This document shows positions 50,375 through 62,055 of a DNA stretch of 64,000 nt, in pieces; position 1 is the first letter of the stretch; each line of letters opens with the position of its first letter. Location: contig DF237086.1 in assembly GCA_000708835.1 (NCBI GenBank), positions 62,001 through 126,000 on the forward strand, in the 5' to 3' direction. The DNA comes from Klebsormidium nitens (taxonomy: Eukaryota; Plantae; Klebsormidiophyceae). Both the position numbers and the translations under genes were made by a program. The notes below the pieces were generated by a model. The model did not search any database and was not told where the DNA came from. It was given only the letters and a program-made list of their open reading frames with translations.

Positions 50375-50953
50375 TTCCTGAAGACAGTGTTCCCAGAAGC
50401 CAGCCGTTTTGAACCTCAAAAAGCAATTGAGTTCGTCGACTGTTTCGATTGCAGACCATATATTGCCACTCTCAGTCTGAGCGCGCCGGGGCCGCCCTGC
50501 ACGGGGGCCGCGTACGCCGGTGCGCACTGCAGCCGCGACTCCCGCAGCCGGGGTTTCCAGGGGGTTTACAAGCCACAAGCCTTTCGGATCAGAGCTCCTG
50601 TTTCCAAGTATCGAACGGCTGTCAGAGAAAGTAACCAATGCCGTAGCGAGCGTCGATTCGACAGAGTTCTCAAGCTGGAACATCGTACGGCCCAGCTTGA
50701 CCAGAGCTTATCAAGCTGCGCACAGAGCTGTCCTCACGTTTGCAAGTTCATACACCACAGGGCGCACTGCGGCAAGAGGCTGATCAGCAGTGAACTGTGA
50801 AGGCTGAAGAAGGCGTCTGGCTGTGAACGAGCGCTGGTGGAGTACCACCAGTAGGGCTTTGTGGGGTCAGGAAAAGCAACCCTTAAATGGGCAGAGGATT
50901 TAGTAGTCGCAGGGTTTCAATGGAGTGATCAGGGGCGACTTGAAGCAGAAAAG

Positions 50954-53900
50954 ATGGTGGGCCTTCCAAAGGTTGGATTGCCCAAGCTGCCCTTTGGCGG
51001 GAAGGGGAAGGGCGAGGACGATGAGTTCCAGTATCGCAAGTTTGGGGATGACCGTGAGTATCCGACCTCAAAAACTTCTTCTGAGTCGTTTGGAAAGCGA
51101 ATACCCTCGTTTTGTCATCAGAGTTTTGAAAGACCATTACCAAAGCAGGTCAAATGTTGCGCACGGCTTTGGCAGTTTTTTCTGTATGTCCGCACGTAGT
51201 CTGCACCAATGCGCAGGCTTTTGTGCCTTTCAATACCGATGTCCTTCAATGCGTCTGCAGCAGCTCTGATTCATCGAACACTAAAGCAGATTGCTTTGCA
51301 CTGGAATGCTGCAATTGAGAGCGCCACACTCACATTGCATGCTCTGAGCATTCAGCTGCAGTCAAAGCCCCGCCACTTTTCGATTGCACATAAAAGCCTG
51401 ACAAGTTTTGAGGCACCGTTTGGCGTGCTGCTTGCTTTCAATGCACAGCGCTGCCAACAGGACTCAGCAGACTCGTGCCAAAGCACGAGCTACTTGTGAA
51501 TGCCATGTCGAGCTGACAAGCAGCGACATTGCTGCTAGGATATCAGAGCAATGGCATGACACCAGATTGCAATGAAAGAGATTTTGACTTGCTGCATGAA
51601 TTGGCCCCTGCCCAGGGGTTGGTTGTGCTGCCTGGTTTCACAAAAGCAGCTCCGAAGAGTGGCATAAAGATGACATGGCATTCCTTTGCAATCGGGGTTG
51701 CTTTGACAGGACAGCGAGCATCCTTTTTCTGCAGACCGCCAAGCTTTGGCCAGACTAGTTGAGTACTGCGAGCATGTTCATGTTCTGTTAGTAGGAAGGT
51801 CATGCAAGCAAGTGGCAAGCGATAGCCAGTATCTGGCAGATGTCTGAAAGCTTGAGCTGCCGCTTAATAGGGCCAGAAAGGCAACTTCGATCCCGTCAAA
51901 AACATTTCAAAGTGCAGACTGCTGTATTTAAGCGCTTGCTCATCATCTGCTGGCTTCACCATGTTCAGTCCATTTCCTCGTTCTTACCCCGCGAAGCTCC
52001 ACCAGTCTATTGCTTGGCGTACTACCAGTCCAATGCTTGCAACCAGCCTCTGTTTGATTGTTCCTTTGCATCCCTTGTCAGTTGCCTTGGCCTGCATTTT
52101 GACCAGCCGGTTAGCAGCTCGAAGACAGCCTTGGGCGCTTCTTTTCTTCCAGCCTTTCCGCCTTTGCTGCTTCGAAACCAAAGGGTTTGCTGCTGGGAAA
52201 TTGCAGAACAAATGCAAGATGTCGCTCAGAGACTCTCAAGTCATCTCTTCCACCACTTCCATCCAGCTCACTGCGTCATATTCATGCAGCGACTGTCCTC
52301 CACCAGTGTCCCAACGTTTCGTCAGTTTCCTTTGGCCCGGCCTGTTCTCAACCTGTTCACAGCTTAGGTGGTCCTACAGACGTCCTCAAGCGAAGGCCCT
52401 CATTGCGTCCCTACCTCCCTATGTTACCTCCCTTCTGGCCCGCTGTGAAAGAACTTTCGTCTTTTTCCCTCACTCTTCCCTTCTCCAAGTGACAGTCCTC
52501 CAGCCACTCTATCCAAGCTCGATTGGGCCGGTCACTGATGTCCTGCTGAACACTCGTCAACTTACCTCAACATATACCAACCTGATCATTTGGAGGACTC
52601 CTATACCACACTTGCACTTCTCCTCATGATGGTGGTCAAGTACTGCTAACAACTTCCAAACCCTTCCCTCCTCGTTCCGTGCATGCAGCCAAGACCCGGC
52701 CGGTCAACGATGACCTGCTCGGGTACTCGGACTTCCAAACGGACCCGAGAAAGATGAAGCGGCGCACGCTGTCGCCGTCGGAAAAGGGAGAATGGATCGG
52801 CGGGCTGCAGGGGGCGGTTGCGGAGCGGCGCGCCTTCCGGCGGCTGCATGCGCGCAACTGGAAGTTGTGGGACATCTTCGATTTGGGGAGGCCGGTGGAC
52901 GTTGCGTACATGTCGGGGGGGGAGGCTGTGCATGAGAAGTACTGGCGGAAATGTGAGTGGGATAGATGTAGAAACTAGGTTGCAAGCAGAGCTGGAGAAA
53001 GATTGTTGCATGAAAGTGCTTCTGATGGAGGTTACATGCATCAAGGAAGTGTGAGCGGTTTTCAGAAAGCTGCTGAATTGGCTACTTGCAATATCAGGGT
53101 CCCACTCTTAGATTCTTTGCTTATTTGTGCCCTCGTGCCATTTCGATTTTCAGCCGGGAAACTGAACTATAGAACCTGTTTTCGATGTACACTCGGTCTG
53201 GTTTAGCCTCTGAGCAACCCAGAATTCCTCGACCGCTTTTGCTCGGCAGTTTCTTGTTTTTGTGAGAAGGTTAACAGTCAAGTCCACAAGTCTCTGCCGG
53301 CAAGATCAATAAAGTTACGTGTCGCGCCCTTGAACAATAACCATCCCCTTGATAGTTGCACCGAGTGGGACTCTTAAGGAGCTGACTTCCCCTTATTTAC
53401 ACTTGCGCAGGGCACCGTGTGTCCATGGGCTCGCAATACCGCGAGCGTATCTACTACAAGGATCGTGTTGGGCTCACTCGAGGCCCTGCCAGCCACCAGG
53501 ACCTGAGGTTGGCCTACGCGTCGGGCCTGATCGACCGTGACACGTTTGTGTGGGCAGGAGAGATGGACGAGTGGGTGCCGCTCGCGTGCGTGTACGGCCT
53601 CGACGGACTAGTCGTCACGCCCATGTGTAAGTGCAATACACTGCTTGTGTAAATGCCTCTTTGCCGTTTTTATTTGAGTGCATCCAATTGCAGTCTGCAT
53701 CCTTTTGAAGGCTATTTGGCTCCGCTGTTGTGAGTTGACTTCCGCTACTTTTCATTTTCGAGCAGCAACGTGCGAACATGTTGTATCTTGAAGGCGTCTG
53801 CTTTGCTTCGTGTGGTTTTGTTATTGCTGCGATTCACATCTTTCAGCAGCAGTGCACCCGAAGCCCTTCATTTATCTCCTGCCTTTGGTTGTACAAGCAT

Positions 53901-56900
53901 ACTGTATCCTCTTCTGCATTTGCTTTTCAGAGCACTTTGTGGGCAACTTTGAAATGCTTGTCCTTCGTCCATAAAATTGCCCAACCCTTACCCGCTTTTG
54001 ATAATCCCCACGCAGCTGTCGGCACGCGCGCGATCACGCTCGGCATCCTGAGCGCGCGCCACTCCGTCAAGAAGATTGCCAACAAGCAATGGGGGGCCAT
54101 CAAAGTGCCCCCCATCGCCAACTGGAAGCTGGACCCCTTCGCGGGCGCGGGCCGCGACCGGGAAGAGCCCGTCCAAAAAACGAAGGAGAACAAGGGCCAG
54201 TTTGAGGCGGACCATGAGGCGTACGAGGACGACGTGGCGCGGGCAGGGACGGTGGACTTTCTCGAGAAGCGGGTGAGTGGACGAAATTCTTTTGGTAATA
54301 ATCATTATATGTATGTTCTTCTCGGGCTCTATGTTTGGGTTGTTTGAGAACGATGTAGAGCGGGCAGGGACGGTGGACTATCTCGAGAAGCGAAGCGAAG
54401 CGTGAGACTTTGAACCTTTCAAAATGACGACTTCTGATTCATCTTAAAGCCACTCGACCACGCTTCGGGCCCGAGTCAACGCCCCAAGAAGTTGGACGAG
54501 TGACATCAGCACAAAGTTACTTTCCCTCTTAACCCACATTCAGTCAAGTCAAACAGGCATTCAATACAACGAGTTCTGACTGACCCAATTTTTAACGCCT
54601 ACCAGGCGTCCGGCCGGAGCGGGCGGCCCGAGAAGCTGGACGCCATCGACCAGGATCCGGACCCGGACGCGCGGTCCAAGGCCGAGATTCGGACGCCCAA
54701 AGAACGCGCCAAGGATTTGGAGCACAAGATCCTGGCGCCGCGGCTGGCGAAGCAGCTGTCGCCGGACGAGTTCGATGAGCAGATGGAGGAGCGCGACAAG
54801 AAGGACAAGCTGGAGCACTTCCTCAAGACCGTCACGCGCAAGGACGTCCTCGAGGTGCGGGAATTTTGCAAAGTTGCGAAGCCTGGGGTGTCAGATTTTC
54901 AAGACTCTGCTGTTTGACATGTCAGGGACGTCGTTGAGGTGGGTAAATCGAGGGGTTGAGGACTGTAGGGTTAGAAATGGTGTTGCGTGGAGCAGTGAGA
55001 AGCGCGCTAAGAAGGACAAGCTGGAATATTTCCTCAAGACCGTCATGCGCAAGGACGTGCTCGAGGTGGGGCAGCTATTGCCTTTGAATTTGTGAAGTTG
55101 TAGATTCAAGAGGTTCAGGGGGCTGAAGATGTCACGAGTCTACGGAGCTGCGTCATAAGAAGGAAAAGGCCGGTGCTGGCCTCAAGCCACAACCCAAATC
55201 AAGTAATTTATGCAGAACCGGTCTTCTTCCAAGGGCCGCCTGATGTCGGAAGGCGTGGACGTGATCGGCGAGTACCACGAGGTGGCAGTAATCGCCTTTG
55301 CCGCAAGAAAGATCTTCGCTCTAAGACTCTATCCCGACCCGTTAAGGCACCCAATCGTGGCTCCGTACCCGCCTCTAGCTTATTCTCGAACACTGTTCTG
55401 CAAGGCAACCGTTTTTCAGTAACCTTATTTGTAACCTGCTGTAAATGCTGGTTTGCAGGGCCGCCCGATGCCGGAGGGTGTGGATGTGATCAGCGATTAC
55501 AACGAGGTGGCAGTGATCGACCGGCCGGCGCCGGGCAGCCAGGAGGAGAAGGAGATCTGGGACGACATCCAGGCGCGCGACGACGAAGACCGCGTGGTCA
55601 CGGGGCCCTGGCACGAGGTGTTCGAGCGGGGGCAGGACGAGCGGGACAAGCACGCGGTGCCAGGTAAGGGGTTTGGGATTTACTTTTTAGTCTGCAGTGG
55701 TTTTGTTGATTTGATTCAAAATTGATGATACTTGAAACCGGTTTTCGCTCTCGGCTGATGACATGAGGTGTTCGAGCGGGGGCAGGACGAGCGCGACAAG
55801 CACGCGGTGCCAGGTAAGAAGGGGGTAACTGTCAGGATACAGTGGATGTCCCGAGTTATGCTAGGAGTTCTTCAGCTTATGTGCTCAGATGCCAGTGAAT
55901 GCAGTGGAGGGCTCTGCCAATCTGCCAACGGCTGACTCACTTCTGCTGGCTTCTGTCACCCGGTTGCAACAGATTGTTTCAGCTCTGCTTGCACCACCCA
56001 AGTTATGAAAAATCCCTGAAATACGTAGAAAGCTCTACGTGTGACCAAGTTGGTCCTCCACCTCTTGTTGTACCTTCACAGAACGACATCCGTCGAAAGT
56101 CTGTCATCAGCGTGCTTTAATCACAACCGAATGCAACTTCCGAAGTTTGGCGGCATCCAAACGGTTTCCTCAGTTCTCCCTAACCCTGTCCCGCAGAGGG
56201 CATCCGCCACAAGCCGCGCGACGTGAACGAGCAGTGGCGCTTCAACCTGCCCAAGATCGACCCGCGCCTGAAGGTGCCCCTTTTGGAGGCGATCCAGAAA
56301 CGGGTTATTAAGGAGGTTAAGGAGGCGTTCGCGCCCGAAGTCGAAACGCCGCCCGAAGAGCAGACGTGCCGCTTCCCTGACTTCCCCTGGACCAACGGCA
56401 GCGGGGGGCTGCCCTACGACGGGCTGTTCGATCTTACGCGCCCCAGGCAAGTCTGCTGACGTTATTGGTTTGACCTTGGCGCGGGTTGGCCCTGCCTGAA
56501 TGCCCGACCTTGAGAAATACAGAGCACAGCCCTGGCCGAAGTTTAAGGACGTAGTGTAGGAGGTGAAAGCATGCACTGGGATTTTACGGAAAGATTCAAA
56601 GCCTGGTTTCTGGTGGAATGTCTGCCAACGGTAGTTGGCTCTCAAGCACATACGGACCGATATATTGGATCCGTCCAAGCGTACTGGTAGCGACAAAGAC
56701 ATGGAAGGAGTTTGCGAGGTTGGTCAAGTGCAGAAGAGGGCTCGCACCGGATATTGGGGGTGCCGTCACACGAAGAGGTGTCCAAAGAACCACGCCCGTT
56801 TAGGAGCGTAACGGCTGTTCACCTTGTCATCCATCAGTCAAGGTGGCTGCTTGCCACTGCACCCATTTCAAGAGAAATGCAAACCACTTCTCACGGGAGT

Positions 56901-59900
56901 TGATTGTTTTCGTGGGTTGCTGCGCAGGGGCAAGCGCATGCCAGGCGCGATTCAAGACGCAACGCGCCAGGGCGGCTTCGCCGTTTTCATTCCGGCCCTC
57001 ACCATCGTTAATGTATCTCGCGAAACGCCAATCAACGTAAGAAATGATGGCTGATTTGACTCAAACTTTGATACGCAGGGGCAAGCGCATGCCCGGCGCA
57101 ATTCAGGACGCCGCGCGCCAGGGCGGCATCGCCGACCGCAACCTAGCCATATAATTGCAGAACAACTTTTCAACAACGGCTGACTTTATTTGTGGATGCA
57201 ACGCAGGGGCAAGCGCATGCCCGGCGCGATCCAGGACGCCGCGCGCCTGGGCGGCATCGCCGACCGCGACATGGCGCTCATGGAGTCGTGGTACATCAAC
57301 ATGCTCCACCCGCTGGACGATCCCGACCTGCACGCGCAGTGGCACGGCCGCTTCAAGCGCATCAAGGAGGAGCGCTTCATGGAGAAGATGCTGGCGGGGC
57401 CGTGGCGCGACCCGACGCGCGCGCTGCGCTGGTTCCCCGAGGAGGACTGGGACGACCCGTACAAAGACCACGAGTTTGTGAGTGGCGTTCCAAGCAATCT
57501 AGCGTCGGCCCGCTCTAGAGCCCTTACGTTGTTTGCTTACACGGCCTTTGGTGGGGTTGAGGTCCCGAAAAAAGACGCCTCCAGGCTTTCCCGGCCGATG
57601 ATTGGGGTCAAAGATACTCTGTATCCATTTTCAAAACGATTCCTTTCTTGGTGCAGCCCTCACTCTCATGATTTGTGTCGCGTGCTTAGCTCTCCCACCG
57701 GTCGCCCTTCCTGAAGTCCTCCTCAGCTCTGTCGCACTAAGCGAACAGATTCTCATACGTTTCTGATACCTCTGCCTTCTTCTCCGGCAGTCGATTAGCA
57801 ACAAAGCGTCCGGAGACTCCCATTTTTCTGCACCGCTTTGTAGTGCCTCTACTATAGTAACGGCATGTCGCAACCCTCCCCTAATGCCACTGTAGGCCGT
57901 AGTTCGGCGCACTCAAGACCCCTTGCGCTTCTCGCAGATCAAGCGGTCCGTGTGAAATTTCTACCCATTTCTAATCTATTGATATTCCCTGATCTTCTCT
58001 TCTCTCAATGTCAATCAGCGATTAGCCTGCTTCTTCTTGTTTCCGGCCGTCAACCAGCGCAAGGGCGTCGGACGCTACCCTTACAACGAGCCAGACGAGT
58101 ATTAGTACTTATGTCTCCCATCGTGCAGTCTTCCTAGCAGTCTTTCGCTTCCTCCCAAGAGGTTCCTTAACGATTCGAATCCGGTTGTCTTCAATGCAGG
58201 CCGTCGACCAGCGCAAGGGTGTCGGGCGCTACCCGTACATCAAGCCGTACGAGTACCAGTCTGCGCCGATGCCCCTCGAGTTGGACGGATTCGGGCGCCA
58301 GTTCGCCCCGGGGCTTAAGAGCCTGGACGATCTCCCGCCCGATGACCCGACCCACGTGCCGTACGATGGGAAACTGGACAGGTCGCCAATCGCCGACTGG
58401 GAGCGGCCCGAGGGCTTCGGTGAGGCTTCGCAGCTTGTGTCGCTTGAATTTTTGGGTCTGGTTCCGTCTGGTTCGAATGGCTGGCCGGCAGTTAGGATGT
58501 CGCTGTTCGGCTTATCAGGATTTTACGACATTGTCAAAGCCACGTGCCTTTCATTGGCAAACTGGACAGGTCGCTCATCGAGGAACGGCCCGAGGGCTTT
58601 GGTGAGGTTTCGCAGCTTGGGCGTTTTCAAAGCGCGGGTTTCTTGGCTGATCTTTTGAGAGTGGCAGGGTGTCAGGCTTTGGGTCTGTCTGTTTCCCAAC
58701 AACTAAAACTTCCTGTCACACCCTCTGTGTATGTGCACGTGCATATCAATCCTAGAACGATGTTAGTCTTCAATTTTGACCCGGCCCGGATTGCCAAGCT
58801 CCAAGTTATGAGGCTCGACATTCAACCGAGTGCGTCTCTTTCCTCGAGCATGTTCACAGTCGTTGGGTGGCACAAGCCGAGCCGCAACTTGTCTTCGGCT
58901 TTCAGGGTTCGTTTAAGGATCTGAACGCCTTAATTTGGACAACCGACGATTGCCGGCTTTTCCCTCTAGGCGATTTTACATTCTCCAAGGAGCGTAAGCT
59001 GAGCTGCAACTTTCACTTTTAGGTTCAAACGCTTCATCTTAGATGGACGACTAATCCTTTGCCGCTCTCCCCTGCAGGCATGTTCACATTCCCCGGTTGG
59101 CGCAAGCTGAGCCGCGACATGTCCCCGCACAAGGTGGAGAACGAGGAGGAGCTGCGCGCGGAGCGTAAGAAGCTAGAGAAGGAGTTCAAGGACCTCGAGA
59201 AGAAGGAACTAGATGTGGTCAACAAGTACGTGGAGGCCAACAAGGCGATTCGGAGCCAGCCGGGCTTCTGGGAGGAGAAGGCGGACTCCATGTGGTTCCG
59301 GAACGACTCCATGGACGAGCTGATGCGGGTGAGGGATCCCCCGCAGTAACTCGGCAGAGAGATTCGCTTTTTGGGCTTGTGTGGGTTTCTGTCCTGGTGG
59401 TTGAGCTCGCAGTTTTTAAGTGTTCTGGGTGTGAAAGTCTGGGATTTTGGCAAGTGGGTTAAGGGGTTTCAACTGTTCCATGTGGTTTTGGAACTCCACG
59501 GGCGAGGTGATGCGGGTAAGTGGCAGGATTGACGTCGAGCGACCCCCTACTGTCAGGTGACATCATGAGCATGACAAGTGAAGCCGCAGCGAAGTAGCGG
59601 GGGTTTGACATCTGTGGCTGGGAAACGTCGCAGTTTGCGTGTTCAGGGCCTCCGATGTGGAGTTTCGCACAAGGTTTACACTCTGGGGCTTTGAGGATGT
59701 GGGGTTTCAATGAAGGGTTGCAGACGGCGTAATTCGAGGATAGGCGGTTTAGGAGACTTTGAAAGTTGCGCTTGAAATCAAAGAGTGTTATGACCGTTTT
59801 GGTTCATGAGTCCTGGGTTCAAAGGTTCAAGGCTGCGGATACCACGAGCTCCGACTGGAAGCTGCTTTGCTACTGTGGGCCTGCCGCGAGGTTCGTGTAG

Positions 59901-60332
59901 GTAGCGACGAACTACCGTCCTGCCCGCTTGGGAAGTCCTCATCGGAAGCTATGTAATTGCGCGAATTCTCTGCAGTACCGCTTGGAAGATTAAGGGACTT
60001 CGAAGTTGGAATCCGAGATCTGGAGCCTTGCTTCTCCGACAACCAAAGCAGGTCCAAATTAGACATACAAAATCCTCGCCTTGAGACTGATGTCCTTGTA
60101 TCTCATCGATATCCTCCTCAATGCGCAGAACATCAAGTGGCGCTTCAACAATCGGGAGAAGATCGACAAGGTGCTGTCGGCGACGAGCAAGCAGAAGATG
60201 GTGGCGGAGCAGGCCAAGCGGCGCGCCAAGATGGAGGTCCTCAGCAGGGCCAAGGTGTCCGCCGCCAAGAAACTAGAGACGGACCGGCGCGCGCTCGAGA
60301 TCGCGGACGAGGACGAGGCCGAGGAGGATTAG
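50954..60332 (+). CDS. TIC56: Tic56-like chloroplast import-complex protein with GYF_2 domain and long C-terminal region (~828 aa, 11 exons)
   Basis: Exons 50954-51053, 52689-52952, 53411-53626, 54016-54272, 54606-54854, 55459-55663, 56197-56446, 57207-57477, 58200-58419, 59078-59328, 60129-60332 (2487 nt, in phase). GRPVDVA and IYYKDRVGLTRGP..YASGLIDRDTFVWAGEMDEWVPLACVYGL match remembered Tic56 motifs GRPIDVA and YKDRLGRSRGP..GIIDRDTFIWGEDMDEWAPIHMVYGL. Confidence 0.78.
54350..59525 (+). repeat. Series of intronic splice-junction copies in the Tic56-like gene
   Basis: Donor-side copies at ~54360, ~55005, 55765, ~58559 and ~59505. Acceptor-side copies at ~55232, 56927, 57078 and ~58046. Each matches the adjacent real exon end or start. 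Confidence 0.88.
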
Positions 60333-62055
60333 TTGAGAACAGGGCCCATTTTAGGAAGGAGCGCAGAGTTACTTTGAGATGCAGAACCATGCGGGAGTAT
60401 GAAGGGGTCTACGACAAGGTACTGCTCACAGTAAGCTCGTTCGAGGCTCATTTTTGACTTGAGGAGGTGGACACAATCAGGTATTGGTCCTTCGAGTGAC
60501 GGTTGGAAGTGGAAGTTGGTAATGGACCATCAAAAATGTGTCCTCTGCAATCGTGGATTCGGGCCTGGCGCTGTTGGTTCAAAGTCAGCATGCGCAGGTT
60601 TATTCCGAAGTGAAGCCTGTGGCAAGTCAATTGCATTTCTGTGCCTTGGCCGGTCAACTGTGGATCGGTTGAAGCACGAATGACGATTAAAGGGCAGGGA
60701 GCCGTTGTCTTCATCGCGGCAACTTGCCAATTACACGGCACAAAGGCTTGCCGCTCACTTCAGAAAGAATTGGGTCAGTTCTACGTACATATGCATCGAC
60801 AGCTCCCTCTAAGTATCTCGTAGCTACTTACTTCACATGAGCGCAATGGCCCGCTACTGTAGCTAACTGGAATGGTCAAGCTTCAATCTCAGTCCAAGGG
60901 TATTCTGCGAACAGATTCTTGTGGGCGGGCGATCGCCAGATTTATTTGACTCAAGTCGAGCAAGGATCGCCCGTGCACCTAAAATGATTGCTCTATTAAC
61001 CTAATCCATGTGCATTTCAACTTGTCTTGCGTTGATCCGAACCGCGTCGGGTAGAACATAATATGTGCGCCCAATTCATGAGGATCTGATCAGGATCTCC
61101 ACTTAGGTCATGATATGTGGAATTAAGCCTGCCCATGCATGCCACACTACTAGGCAAACCGTGTTGGCGCCGCCCCGGTTCGATTCAAATTATGATTGAT
61201 TGATGATTGAACTCGATCATCAATCATCAATTTATATAATATAATTCCGATCAATTAACTCTAATGTTTCTAGCTTGAAGCAGTGGGTACCATGCAGCTT
61301 CGGCGGCGCATAGTGCGGAGCCTGTCTGCCCGCTTCCGTCATGCGAATTGTCGAGATACAAATTGCACATGACTTATGTACAGGTGTTGAGTTCAGGCCT
61401 GACGTGTACAATATCATGTCTATTCAATCTATAGAAATGCGGATCACTGAGGTTCATGTCATTCATTTGATTGAGTCAATGATCGACACATCCGGTTCCC
61501 GCTTTGTCCAATGTCTTGTACGCCGCCAAGCATGTCCACGGAAAAGCTCGTCCAAGGACACCAAGTTCGGAAAATCAGTATCGCGCACGCCAGCAAACTC
61601 TTAAACAAAATGTGAAGCTAGCTTTTACTTGAAGCTCGCATGTTAAGGGGCGTACGTGTTGTAGGCCTCGAGTTGGAAGTCCGACGAGTTGCTCATACCT
61701 AGCGCGGCACAAGCTCGGATGTGACAATTGCTACGCATTGAACTCAGAACTTCGGATGCAATGAGTCACCCTCGATCGGATGTCGTCCAACGTTCATGCA
61801 TTGTATCATATGACGAGCTGGTTCACCGTTTGCAAGTATTTACCATTCAGAACTGAACACAGCGTACCCAATTGCTCCGTACTTCCAGATATATCATAGT
61901 CTGTTTCCTTCTTCTGCATTTGATAGACGCTCTTTCAATCGGCCCTGTATCCGACGAGACAGTCTCTCAAAAACAAAACAATAGTCCGACCACCAAACAA
62001 GCACGAGTTCCAGTCAGATCACGTATCGTTCACGGCAGTCCGCTCTTCGTCGTTC

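Noticed and set aside
50102-50800. 232-aa plus-strand ORF
   Set aside because: Antisense to the BTB ORF and its GC-rich promoter.
51840-52629. 175- and 222-aa ORFs in Tic56-like intron 1
   Set aside because: Low-complexity Leu/Ser/Pro/Cys translations of pyrimidine-rich intron with no coding codon bias.
4880-59525. Spaced ~140-bp repeats as a CRISPR-like array, or any tRNA/rRNA
   Set aside because: The repeats are degenerate copies of adjacent exon borders rather than identical direct repeats with unique spacers; no cas genes, cloverleaf or rRNA motifs were seen.
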